Of a stretch of 64,000 bases of DNA, positions 39,201 to 53,400 are shown piece after piece; position 1 is the stretch's first letter, and every line of letters begins with the position of its first letter. The stretch is from Pecten maximus. Taxonomy: Eukaryota. The DNA is taken from the NCBI RefSeq assembly GCF_902652985.1, contig NC_047030.1, positions 18,104,001 to 18,168,000 on the forward strand. The letters are read 5' to 3'. The position numbers and the translations under genes were made by a program. The notes below the pieces were generated by a model, which was not told the DNA's origin, made no database searches, and saw nothing but the letters and a program-made list of their open reading frames with translations.

Positions 39201-39780
39201 TAACAGGCCTATTCTAGTCACTGTAATGGACATAAATATCTAGCAGGCCTATTCTGGTCACTGTAATGGGCATTAATATCTAGCAGGCCTATTCTAGTCA
39301 CTGTAGTGGACATTTATATCTAACAGGCCTATTCTGGTCACTGTAGTGGACATAAATATCTAACAGGCCTATTCTAGTCACTGTAATGGACATTAATAAT
39401 TAGCAGGCCTATTCTGGTCACTGTAATGGGCATTAATATCTAGCAGGCCTATTCTAGTCACTGTAATGGGCATTAATATCTAGCAGGCCTATTCTAGTCA
39501 CTGTAATGGGCATTAATATCTAGCAGGCCTATTCTGGTCACTGTAATGGGCATTAATATCTAGCAGGCCTATTCTGGTCACTGTAATGGGCATTAATAAC
39601 TAGCAGGCCTATTCTAGTCACTGTAGTGGACATTTATATCGAGCAGGCCTATTCTGGTCAATGTAATGGGCATTAATATCGAGAAGGCCTATTCTGGTCA
39701 CTGTAATGGGCATTAATATCGAGCAAGACTATTTTCATCACTTAAAGAAACATTAATATTGAGCAGGCCCTTTCTAGTCT
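36258..39780. repeat. 40-bp satellite array (about 3.5 kb, about 88 copies)
   Basis: Unit CTGTAATGGACATAAATATCTAGCAGGCCTATTCTAGTCA, with the 40-bp register conserved throughout. Confidence 0.97.
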
Positions 39781-40299
39781 CTCTTTCTCGCGAATCAACA
39801 TAACAGTATTAGAAAGCATAAACATTCGAAGAAGTATTCAAAGAGCCGTCCCATAAGATCTTAAAACCGAGAAAGTTGATCACAAAGTTAAAAGTGTCGA
39901 ATCATTGTATTAATATTTGCATATTTGATTTTTCAGGATTTGATATTGTGTATTTGATATTTTTGCTGCAGATAAACAGGCAAATGTCGTCAAGTAAACA
40001 CATGTTATCCTTTTATGATTGATAGCGTTATGCAAGTTGACCTGCCATGATCACACCATCGTACCATGCACGTTTTCTACCGTACTGTATCCTGACAGGG
40101 GCCGATACAACCATCATGGTATACGTGTGATATCTCTGTATGTATATGTTGATAAGCTATCTGTCTACATTATCATTAATAAGTATATCCACTACCAGTG
40201 TCTGATACAGCTAAAATGTTTATTTATTATTGCGAAATGTATTCCTAGTTATTTCACTGACTTGCTTTGGAGGAGGACAGTTCTATAAAACACTTAAAC

Positions 40300-41371
40300 A
40301 TGGCGACTGTGACGAAACCGATTTGGATTTTATTTCTCATATATATTGTTAAAACCGAAAGTGCCGAAGACATGTCGTACCAGACTTTGCTTTTGGAAGG
40401 AATGGAGAAAATTCATGCTTCTCGTCAGTCATCAATACCCTCTGATATAAAAGTTACTCCCGCCCAGCTCAGAGAAATACGGGATTCCATTGACCCCTAC
40501 AGGATATTGACTGGATCCCCGGGGCCTCAGGCAGGCCCCGGGGTACGGGCTGTCGTCGCTGGGTTTAACGTATCGGACACCTGTTATAACGACACCCAGA
40601 TGATCGGTTCTAGTGCTATGTTAGTACAGTTGTGGGCCCTCAAAAGTAAGTTTTTTTTATAAACTCTTTGTTTAGTCATGAAAGTAAGTTCTAATAAACT
40701 AAATTAATTTGTTTTAGGCACGCCTTTATATTGAAACAAGAGACCCTGCAACGCTCACCTGGAATAGCCATTTAAAGAATTACTTCTACTGCCGATATGG
40801 GACCCCGCGCCTCCTATCCCAGGGGCTCAGAGTCACCATGTACACACGATTTGTTTTCCGTTACCCAAGAATGATTCTGACCAAATTTATTCAAAATCGA
40901 TTTAGTCGTTCATGAATTGTAGCGATTTACAGGAAAGGTTGACGGACGCGGGCGGATGCCGATATGAAAACAAATCGGCCATTTTGAAGTAATTAGCCGC
41001 CCAACTTTGCTGTGTATTTATTCGTTTTTGATGTTCATATATTACACAATGAAAATCATATATTGAAGGAGAGGAATGAGTTTTTCCTTGTCATGGGAAA
41101 CAGAGCAAAAACAAATGTTTGTTTACAAGCATTTTTTTGCTCGCGTCACCAATTTTTTCGGATACATACCTTGGGCGCCACCCACATTTCCCTATTTTGT
41201 ATTACGTAAGGGTCAGCGTTTAAAGGTAAAATCTAATTGGTCACTAGTGCCCAAGTCTTCATCAGAGAAAGAAATACTGTCGCCATCTTTAAAAATATGA
41301 TTAGTTCAATCCAAATATTTGATTGATATTTACCTGGATTAACATATACGGATGTCGATAATGTCAACATT

Positions 41372-41427
<56 letters not shown>

Positions 41428-44400
41428 ATTCCCCCTCTCCCTCCCGCACCTTATTCCCGATCACACAATTTTATTCTTCGTGTACTTTTGTACTTTTTTT
41501 CAATTTAGTTTTCATGTAAATCTTTTGTTTATATTTGATCAATTGTCAGTTAAAATTATTCCTCCCTGTCCCCCTGTATTCCGTTGTTTACGATTTATTT
41601 TCTTATCAGTGGTGGACGCCGGCGGAAAGCCACCCAGTGACATTTTAAACGGTAACCAAGGCTGGCTCGGTTCCTATGACGAATGCCTCAGTATTACAAG
41701 CGACAAGTCCGAATACGACCAACAGCCACCGCCTTTTAATGGGAAGTACTGTTTAGTGAATCTACCAGTGACTATTCTTAACCTACCTCTACCAGATGCA
41801 ACCCTAGGACTGTGTCTGCCAGATTCCTGTTCACCCTCAGATGCTGTGGCACTAACTAACGCAGGTATACTATGACCATAGACTGTGTGTCGTGATCTGG
41901 GTGGATGCCCTAACCGTTTTCAATTGTTGCTGACGTTGGTATATTTTGTTTGTTGACGTAGGTATAGTTTGCTTATTGACGTTGGTTATTTCGTTTGTTG
42001 ACGTTGTTATATTTTGTTTGTTGTGTTAACGTTTGTATATTTTATTTGTTGACGTTGGTATATTTTGTTTATTGACTTTGGTATATTTTGTTTGTTGACG
42101 TTGGTATATTTTGTTGATGAAGTTGGTATATTTTGTTTGTTGACGTTGGTATATTTTGTTTGTTGACGTTGGTATATTTTGTTTGTTGACGTTGGTATAT
42201 TTTGTTTGTTGACGTTGGTATATTTTGTTTATTGACGTTGGTATATTTTGTTGATGACGTTGGTATATTTTGTTTGTTGACGTTGGTATATTTTGTTTGT
42301 TGTGTTGATGTTGGTATATTTTGTTTGTCGACGTTGGTATATTTTGTTTGTTGTGTTGACGTTGGTATATTTTGTTGTTGACGTTGGTATATTTTGTTTG
42401 TTGTGTTGACGTTGGTATATTTTGATTGTTGTGTTGACGTTGGTATATTTTGTTTGTTGTGTTGACGTTGGTATATTTTGTTTGTTGACGTTGGTATATT
42501 TTGTTTGTTGACGTTGGTATAGTTTGATGTTGACGTTGGTATATTTTGTTTGTTAACGTTGGTATATTTTGTTTGTTAACGTTGGTATATTTTGTTTGTT
42601 GACGTTGGTATATTTTGTTTGTTAACGTTGGTATATTTTGTTTGTTGACGTTGGTATACAAAAAATGTATTTTTTTGTTAACGTTGGTATATTTTGTTTG
42701 TTGACGTTGGTATATTTTGTTTGTTGACGTTGGTATAGTTTGTTGTTGACGTTGGTAAATTTTGTTTGTCGTGTTGATGTTGGTATATTTTGTTTGTTAA
42801 CGTTGGCATATTTTGTTTGTTGACGTTGGTTTACAAAAATGTATTTTGTTAACGTTGGTATATTTTGTTTGTTGACGTTGGTATATTTTGTTTGTTGACG
42901 TTGGTATATTTTGTTGTGTTGACGTTGGTATATTTTGTTTGTTGACGTTGGTATATTTTGTTTGTTGACGTTGGTATATTTTGTTTGTTGTGTTAACGTT
43001 GGTATATTTTGTTTGTTGACGTTGGTATATTTTGTTTGTTGACGTTGGTATATTTTGTTTGTTGACGTTGGTATATTTTGTTTGTTGACGTTGGTATATT
43101 TTGTTTGTTGACGTTGGTATATTTTGTTTGTTGACGTTGGTATATTTTGTTGTGTTGACGTTGGTATATTTTGTTTGTTGACGTTGGTATATTTTGTTTG
43201 TTAACGTTGGTATATTTTGTTTGTTAACGTTGGTATATTTTGTTGACGTTGGTATATTTTGTTTGTTGACGTTGGTATATTTTGTTTGTTGACGTTGGTA
43301 TATTTTGTTTGTAGATATTAGTATATTTTGTTTGTTGACGTTGGTATATTTTGTTGTTGACGTTGGTATATTTTGTTGTTGATGTTGGTATAGTTTGTTG
43401 ATGACGTTGGTATATTTTGTTTGTTGTGTTGATGTTGGTATATTTTGTTTGTTGACGTTGGTATATTTTGTTTGTTGACGTTGGTATATTTTGTTTGTTG
43501 ACGTTGGTATATTTTGTTTGTTGACGTTGGTATATTTTGTTTGTTGACGTTGGTATATTTTGTTTGTTGACGTTGGTATATTTTGTTTGTTAACGTTGGT
43601 ATATTTTGTTTGTTAACGTTGGTATATTTTGTTTGTTGACGTTGGTATATTTTGTTTGTTGACGTTGGTATATTTTGTTGTTGACGTTGGTATATTTTGT
43701 TGTGTTGACGTTGGTATATTTTGTTTGTTAACGTTGGTATATTTTGTTTGTTGACGTTGGTATATTTTGTTTGTTGACGTTGGTATAATTGTTGTTGACG
43801 TTGGTATATTTTGTTTGTTGACGTTGGTATATTTTGTTTGTTGACGTTGGTATATTTTGTTTGTTGACGTTGGTATATTTTGTTTGTTGACGTTGGTATA
43901 TTTTGTTTGTTGACGTTGGTATAATTGTTGTTGACGTTGGTATATTTTGTTTGTTGACGTTGGTATATTTTGTTTGTTAACGTTGGTATATTTTGTTTGT
44001 TAACGTTGGTATATTTTGTTGACGTTGGTATATTTTGTTCGTTGATATTGGTATATTTTGTTTGCTGACGTTGGTATATTTTGTTTGTAGATATTAGTAT
44101 ATTTTGTTTGTTGACGTTGGTATAGTTTGTTGTTGACGTTGGTATAGTTTGTTGTTGACGTTGGTATATTTTGTTTGTTGTGTTGATGTTGGTATATTTT
44201 GTTTGTTGACGTTGGTATATTTTGTTTGTTAACGTTGGTATATTTTGTTGATGACGTTGGTATATTTTGTTTGTTAACGTTGGTATATTTTGTTTGTTAA
44301 CGTTGGTATATTTTGTTTGTTAACGTTGGTATATTTTGTTTGTTGACGTTGGTATATTTTGTTTGTTAACGTTGGTATATTTTGTTTGTTGATGTTTAAA

Positions 44401-47400
44401 GTTACAGTCTGTCATTTGAAGGTGTAGTTCATATATATTGGGTCTATGTTGACGTTATATGGTGTGGGCTATAAACACCCCCTGTATCTGTATGTAGCTA
44501 TATTTTAAACCTTTTTGAGGTGAACCTTTCGGACCCTACCTTGTAGCTGTATTTACCTATTTTATAAACCTTTTATATACTCTTCGGAACACTTTTGACA
44601 ATGACGATCATTGTTTATATGACGAAGAATTGAACATTTGCTTTTGTATGACTTTCGGCTCGCTCAATGCGTTTAGATGATTCATCCATCCAGCGACCTA
44701 TTTATAGACAATCTAATCGCATGTCTCAGATGACGATGTATGTTTTATGTCAACAATTATTTTTATGTTGGTCTTTGACCACTCGGCAGAGATAATTTAT
44801 TATCCGGGTAATTAGAATAGCTAGGTTCAACAGCATGCAATGTCTAAAACGGTAAACTATGCAGAGGGACTAGAGTGGACTGAACGCAAAGATGCTCAAA
44901 TGGCTGTAGCGAATGTCTAGATTTCGGAGGTCTGGGGTTGGAGTCCCTGTCTGGTCGCCTCATTCTTTCTCACCTATTATATAAATATAAGTACAGTTGA
45001 ACATCTTATCTCGAAGTCAATGGGACGCATGAAAACCTTCGAGATATCCCGAATACTCGAGGTAACATGAAAACCTCCGAGGTATCCCGAATACTCAAGG
45101 TAACCGAGTTTATTTTACATAGAATTATACCGTCGGAACTGAATGTTTACTTCGACTTAAGCAGGGTCTTCGGGTTATCAGACTTCGAGATACGAAGTTT
45201 TACTGTAAATGTCAAAAACAAATAACATGTAAATCTATGTGTAGCACTGGCAACCATTCAGCCCGGAGGGAAGCTGTCAAAGGGCGCGGAGTGTAAGAAG
45301 GAAGCCCTTGAGTTTGATGACAAGGCTATCGGTGCAGTGTAAGTATTTGATACAATGGCCGTGAATTTGTTTTATACATTCTGAACATAATTGTAATTGT
45401 TTTGATACCCAAACAAATCATGAACAAAATCATTATTGTGAGATGCTTGTCGAAATGCTTTACAAGGTGTATATCTAAGGTTATCTTATTTTATCGATAT
45501 TCGCGTGGAAAACATTCCGCTAATGCGTTAATTAGCGTTTTGCACGACTCGAAAATCATCGCTTTATTTTTGCTTTTTTTTTTCTTTTCTCTTTTTATTA
45601 TTTATTTTATGTTGATGTTTTTATGTGGAATGAACTAAATTAGTTCGTGTCAAAACAGGAACGTTTACATTGTAATAAAAGTATCTGTCTGATATTTGTA
45701 AAACAACACCCCTGAGAAATAGTACAGGTATATTGTACCATAAATCAAAAGTTCCGTGAGAAGGACTTTATATATCTATATGGGAGACATCATGACGATT
45801 TCTTTTAGGATTGTGTGTGGATTTATTCTCGGCATGATGATAGTAGGAACAGCGTACGATGTGATCATTGTAAAGGGCGTACTACAGAAGATCATAGCCA
45901 GCCCCACAACGCTACCCGACAAAGTGGACACAACGACGTTTGTGTCGGGGACAGAATGAAAAGACGAAATTAATATCAAACGAACACACTCCGCAGCCCG
46001 AAGTGTCACGTGATCAGCCTGAAGAGCTGGGTGAGTACCGTGTCAGTGTCACGTGATCAGCCTGTAAAGCTGGTTGAACAACGCGTCACTAGAAATGTCA
46101 CGTGATAAACCTGAAGAGCGGGATGAAATTCGTGTCAGTGTCACGTGGTCAGCCTGTAAAAGCTGGGGGAGTAATGCGTTAGTAGCAACGTCACGTGATA
46201 TACCTGAAGAGCTGGGTGAGTATCGCGTCAACAGTAATGTTAGGTGTCCATCCTCATCAAAAAAATTGCATCAACATGAAGTCAAATGCACCTTCTATAC
46301 ATAGTAGAACCATATGGTGACACTGACACATCGGGAACGGCAATGAAAATTAAAGTTTACTGAGGGAAAAGCCGGACCATCGACTTTGTTTGAACTCCAT
46401 TTTAATATTTTCAAAACTGTCCCAAAACTTTTGGACTCGCGCCTACGGCGCTCGTGAATCCACTTAATCAAGGGCCCACCTACGCCCCTGACTAGAGCGT
46501 CACCCACAATCACAATATAGAAATATATTTCATATTTAACACCACCATGTTATGATGATATGCTATGTTTAACATTAATCGATTTTATTGTGATTTTGTT
46601 ATTTATCTTTTTCTCTCAGGGGTGTTGTCGAACATATTGGTGGCGTTCTCCGTCTATACAAATGGTGCCAAACTGTTGAACACCAGTGCTCCAGCAGGCA
46701 GCCTGACTGCTCTCAACGGTATCCGCTTCCTCAGTATGACATGGGTTATTCTTGGCCACACCTACTCGACTGGGATGAGATACGCCCGTGAGTATTTTTC
46801 TTTGCCTCGTTTTGATGCTTGTTGGCGTTTCGAAACATTCCCGGGTAACAACGGCAATTTTCACCGAATATTAGCGGAAACTTACCCGAGATATTGCGGT
46901 TGACGTCCTGGCGTTTAATTTAGTAACACTATTTATAGAAATACTAACCTGTTGACGCTGTGGTATATTTTGTGATTTTGTGTTGTTATTTGACATCGAG
47001 GTATATTTACCCTTTTTTATTGACACTCTGTAATACTGTATCTTTTGTTGTGGTAAACATTCTCCTCGTGTTGACGGTCTGGTATAAGTTGGCATTATAT
47101 ATTGAATATATTTTTTCTGTTTTACTTGTAGATAATGTTAGCACATTTTTGCCACAAATGGTCGACAGATGGACCTTCCAGGCTATTATGAATGCGTTGG
47201 TTTCCGTGGATACCTTCTTTGCTCTAAGGTAATGAAGAACCCGCTAATCTGAATATAGAACCAATTAATATGTGAATACCCGCGGGATCAAAGTAGGTAC
47301 TTCTATTTGTGTAGAAACCTTGCTACCAATACTACGATTTATAAGCTTGATACCCACCGTAGGATTTCTTAAGAAATATTTTAATGAAAGCCGTTAATTC

Positions 47401-50400
47401 AGGGAACTGGTACATATACCAGCTAAAAAAACAGCGCGAATTTGACAGTAATTCTTCGCTGCATCAGGATCTAGTTAATGTTAATGAAACCCCTCGTCTG
47501 TGTCCACATTCTTTGTGATGTTAAACTAGATTCTGTTCTATTTGCACCCATCGTGTATATATGAGTAAAATGAGAAACATGTGAAAACGGAGCCAACAGT
47601 CATCTAAACGCTCACTGACCATCTCTAACTTCACACAAGGAAAAAGAAGTCATCTTCCAATGAGACGTGAAGACGACCAAGACATAGCTTACTAACATGG
47701 CCATCAAACCTTTCTATCCAAATCGCAAAAGGTGCTTCTACATTTTTGCGGTTTTTTAATCATGTTTAATCACCAGGTTTCCTTGTGCGGTATGACGTTG
47801 GATGAGTTCAATATTCGTTGATATGACCTCTGGCTCCTTCACGTTGCCTCCATATTTTGGGAACGTGACAATACCTGTATCGACCTAGATATACATCGCT
47901 GGTGTCGTCCATTATCAGAATACGCTTCGCCTTTCGGAACACCTGGGCCCATGAAACCACTCTAGTGCTCAAACATGGAATCTATGCTCAACCAGACTTT
48001 TGTAAACTCGCTAAAATCATGAAATATCAGTTTAAAAGAAAAACCGTAAACATTGAAAATAATATTTCACCTGAAGTTTTTTTTTCTGAAATGCCTTTAA
48101 ATCGTTGAAAAAATGAATTCAGGTATAAGTTTATCATCAAAAGTATTGAAGTCTGAACAAAAATGTATATGAGCATGAGTACGTTGTCATGAATGCGTGT
48201 CCTGGTCTTGTTTCTGTGTAGATCTATATTTTGTGAATACCCCCATGTTGTCGACTTCGAGATTACACTACGGTTTTGATTACATGCTTTGACAACCATA
48301 ACACAATATGTACTGGTGATAAAGGGAGACGAAAAAGTCTTTAATTACACAACTACTTAATTCAAAGTCAGTTATTTAGAACATTTCCTATGAAACATCA
48401 GTATCTACCTGATATATACTCCAAATGATATAGAACCTTAATTGTGAAATATATTTGAGTCTACAGTGTGCTGCGTTAGAATGCACGTGGCGTTATTGTT
48501 TTAATCTTGCTGTAACAATTGAAAACTAACAGCCAATCAAATTCCTAATCGGTGATATGAAACGTGTGCTACGAGTTCATGGAGCCGATCATGTTTGTGT
48601 AATGGGAAAGAAACATGTTATCTACATTTTTTATCCTACCAGTGGTTTGCTGGTTTCTTACCTGTTCATGCGCGAGATGGAAAAGGCGAAGGGAAAGATG
48701 AACTGGGGACTGTTCTACTTCCATCGATTCTGGAGGTAAATATGTTACAAATGGACATTAAAATATTCTGCCTCCTTCAACACTAAACTAATATATATTT
48801 ATTTTTTGTTGTTGACAAAATGGTGGATATTCTCTACTTCCGTCGTTTCTAGCGAAATTCTACTTTTTGCAAATTGGAAGTAAATATATTTATTTCCGGT
48901 GATTCTCAAACTAACACTATTTTTCTTCTTTAAGAAATGGAGGTAAATATATTCTACTTTCGGTGATTCGCGAGTCAAGTATGATATACTTTTCCAAATT
49001 AAACATGGTAGTTTTGTCTCTATCTACCATGTTTCCCCTAGTTTTGTCTCTATCTACAATGTTTCCCCTAGTTTTGTCTCTATCTACAATGTTTCCCCTG
49101 GTTTTGTCTCTATCTACCATGTTTCCCCTGGTTTTGTCTCTATCTACCATGTTTCCCCTGGTTTTGTCTCTATCTACCATGTTTCCCCTAGTTTTGTCTC
49201 TATCTACCATGTTTCCCCTAGTTTTGTCTCTATCTACCATGTTTCCCCTAGTTTTGTCTGTATCTACCATGGTTCCCCTAGTTTTGTCTCTATCTACCAT
49301 GTTTCCCCTGGTTTTGTCTCTATCTACCATGTTTCCCCTGGTTTTGTCTCTATCTACCATGTTTCTCCTAGTTTTGTCTCTATCTACAATGTTTCCCCTG
49401 GTTTTGTCTCTATCTACCATGTTTCCCCTAGTTTTGTCTGTATCTACCATGGTTCCCCTAGTTTTGTCTGAATCTACCATGTTTCCCCTAGTTTTGTCAC
49501 TATCTACCATGGTTCCCCTAGTTTTGTCTCTATCTATAATGTTTCCCCTAGTTTTGTCTCTATCTACAATGTTTCCCCTAGTTTTGTCTCTATCTACCAT
49601 GTTTCCCCTAGTTTTGTCTCTATCTACCATGGTTCCCCTAGTTTTGTCTCTATCTACCATGTTTCCCCTGTTTTGTCTCTATCTACCATGTTCCCCTAGT
49701 TTTGTCTCTATCTACCATGTTCCCCTAGTTTTGTCTCTATCTACCATGTTTCCCCTGGTTTTGTGTCTATCTACCATGTTTCCCCTAGTTTTGTCTGTAT
49801 CTACCATGTTCCCCTAGTTTTGTGTCTATCTACCATGTTTCCCATAGTTTTGTCTGTATCTACCATGTTTCCCCTAGTTTTGTCTGTATCTACAATGTTT
49901 CCCTAGTTTTGTCTCTATCTACCATGTTTCCCCTAGTTTTGTCTGTATCTACCATGGTTCCCCTAGTTTTGTCTCTATCTACCATGTTTCCCCTGGTTTT
50001 GTCTGTATCTACCATGTTTCCCCTAGTTTTGTCTCTATCTACCATGTTTCCTCTAGTTTGTCTCTATCTACCATGGTTCCCATAGTTTTGTCTCTATCTA
50101 CCATGTTTCCCCTAGTTTTGTCTCTATCTACCATGTTTCCCCTAGGTTTTGTCTCTATCTACCATGTTTCCCCTGGTTTTGTCTCTATCTACCATGTTTC
50201 CTCTAGTTTTGTCTCTATCTACCATGTTCCCCTGGTTTTGTCTCTATCTACCATGTTCCCCTAGTTTAGTCTGTATCTACCATGTTTTCCTGGTTTTGTG
50301 TTTATCTACCATGCTTCCCCTAGTTTTGTGTCTATCTACCATGTTTCCTCTAGTTTTGTGTCTATCTACCATGTTTCCTCTAGTTTTGTCTCTATCTACC

Positions 50401-53400
50401 ATGGTTCCCATAGTTTTGTCTCTATCTACCATGTTTCCCATAGTTTTGTCTGTATCTACCATGTTTCCCCTAGTTTTGTCTCTATCTACCATGTTTCCCA
50501 TAGTTTGTGTCTATCTACCATGTTTCCCCTGGTTTTGTCTCTATCTACCATGTTTCCCCTAGTTTTGTCTCTATCTACCATGTTTCCTCTAGTTTTGTCT
50601 CTATCTACAATGTTTCCCCTGGTTTTGTCTGCATCTACCATTTTTTTCCTGATTTTGTCTGTATCTACCATGTTTTCCCTAGTTTTGTCTCTGTCTACCA
50701 TGTTTCCCCTAGTTTTGTCACTATCTACCATGTTTCCCCTGGTTTTGCCTCTATCTACCATGTTTCCCCTGGTTTGTGTCTATCTACCATGTTTCCCCTA
50801 GTTTTGTCTGTATCTACCATGTTTCCTCTAGTTTTGTCTCTATGTACCATGTTTCCCCTAGTTTTGTCTGTATCTACCATGTTTCCCCTGGTTTTGCCTC
50901 TATCTACCATGTTTCCCCTGGTTTTGTGTCTTTCTACCATGTTTCCCCTAGTTTTGTCTCTATCTACCATGTTTCCACTAGTTTTGTGCCTATCTACCAT
51001 GTTTCCCCTAGTTTTGTCTGTATCTACCATGTTTCCCTCTAGTTTTGTCTCTATCTACCATGGTTCCCATAGTTTTGTCTCTATCTACCATGTTTCCCCT
51101 TGTTTTGTCGGTATCTACCATGTTTCCCCTAGTTTTGTCTCTATCTACCATGGTTCCCCTAGTTTTGTCACTATCTACCATGTTTCCCCTGGTTTTGTGT
51201 CTATCTACCATGTTTCCCCTAGTTTTGTCTGTATCTACCATGTTTCCCCTGGTTTTGTCTGTATCTACCATGTTTCCCCTTCTTTTGTGTCTATCTACCA
51301 TGTTTCCCCTTGTTTTGTCTATCTACCATGTTTCCCCTAGTTTTGTCTCTATCTGCCATGTTTCCCCTGGTTTTGTCTGTATCTACCATGTTTCCCCTGG
51401 TTTTGCCTCTATCTACCATGTTTCCAGTAGTTTTGTCTCTATCTACCATGTTTCCAATAGTTTTGTCTCTATCTACCATGTTTCCCCTAGTTTTGTCTCT
51501 ATCTACCATGTTTCCCCTAGTTTTGTCTGTATCTACCATGTTTCCCCTGGTTTTGCCTCTATCTACCATGTTCCCCCTAGTTTTGTCTCTATCTACCATG
51601 TTTCCCCTAGTTTTGTCTCTATCTACCATGTTTCCCCTAGTTTTGTCTCTATCTACCATGTTTCCCCTAGTTTTGTCTCTATCTACCATGTTTCTCGTAG
51701 ACTGACTCCTCCGTACATGTTGGTCCTGTTTGTGGACGTAGCACTACTGCGGTATTTCGGTAATGGTCCATTTTGGCCGGAAGGAGGATTTGAACGAGAT
51801 TTCTGTGAAGATACTTGGTGGACTAATCTACTGTACATCAACAACTTAGTGAAGACTGACAGATCGGTAAGTAACTAGTTGTTTGATATACTCCCAACTA
51901 TGTCGGATGGACGATAGCGAAAGGTCTGGGTGAGCTGTTGGTCACACATTAAGTGTTTACCCTTTCAATACAATCACACGGATGATTTCTTGCACAAAAT
52001 AAATAAAACATTCCTATGAGTATATTTTATTTATGGTAATTTATCTTTTTATTTATTTTTTACATACATTGATCGGCCTTTATTTGCCATTATCATTTCA
52101 ATAGAAAAAAACAAAAGTTTTCGAGAGATTCACGTTAATAAAGACTACGGGAATTTGTTTTAGGATACAAGAAACTTTATTTAACAAAAAATAAATGAAC
52201 ATTAGCTGACGCGAGCTATTTTTGCGACATATATATCACAGTATATGACTTAACACGAATTTTACCTAGATGTGTATAACGGGTATCATTGACGAAGCTG
52301 AAGACGCTTACTCTTCAGAAACACATTGTTCTCTTTATACGTGTTCGGGGGAGTCCATATAAATCATGTTTTGTTCATAGTTTTCCAGGTTTTAATCGAT
52401 TTTGAGTTGGACTTATGACCCCATTCTTTCAAGATTGTTGATACTAGAGATGGCTTACTCGCCAATACTACTAGTATATATAAGATCGTTTTTTTTTAGT
52501 TTTTCGTCTGTTGAGATCTTATCTTTGTATCGTTCAGTGGTTGGGTTGTTTATATAAGATCTTTGTTTACCTAACAATAAAATTTGTTGAAATGAAATGA
52601 AAGATTTTTGTATTTTTCAGTGTTTGGGTTGTATATATAAGATCGCTGTATTTTTCAGTGTTTGGGTTGTATGTATAACATCATTATATTTTTCAGTGTT
52701 TGAGTTGTATAAATAAGATCTTTATATTTTCAGTGTTTTGCCTGGGCTTGGTACCTCGCCAATGATATGCAGTTCTTCGTGCTGAGCCCGCTGATGTTGG
52801 TTCCGTTATTTTAGTGAGTTTTCATATATTGATGATGAGCTTCCTGATAATGATATTGATAAATATATTAACTAGGTAATATTCTGCCTTATATACATTG
52901 TTCTAGATACGTCAACGGACTACGGTGCTGCACGAGACCATTTTCATACAAATAACTCGGTTGACATATCAGCGAGAAACATTAAATCATATTCTAATAT
53001 ATCGTTTTTTCATAATTTATTTTCATTTTCGTGTACAATATACATCAACTAATTATCAACTAATCGCCTTAAGCTCAGTTTCAATCTCAATCATCTCCTT
53101 TCCAGACACCATTTCAATCTAAAGGACATGTATCGTCGTCATCGTCGTCGTCGACATCATCTGATTTATTTTGATTTTAATCATTATCACAAAATATCAA
53201 TATTCTGATATTTCATAATAATGATTAAAACCAACATAGATCATAACTCCATATGATGCGTCCTAAACTTTAAATAACATTAACTAACTGACGAACTTTT
53301 CAAGGTATATCGCATCATTTACAAGACACATTTTCATGTACTATACCATTTGACCATTATAGTGTTTGTACCTTTGATTATTTTTCTGCAGTTCGAAGAT

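Noticed and set aside
34640-39780. CRISPR-like appearance of regular repeats, including the hairpin inserts
   Set aside because: Units are contiguous with no unique spacers, there are no cas genes, and the context is eukaryotic.
42026-42661. 211-aa Asn/Gln/Thr-rich ORF
   Set aside because: It is the translation of the 23-bp minisatellite.
48917-51705. Long repetitive ORFs on both strands (MVDRDKTRGN, MFPLVLSLST)
   Set aside because: They are by-products of a 30-bp intronic minisatellite with frequent frame slips. Only 51701-51866 is a supported exon.
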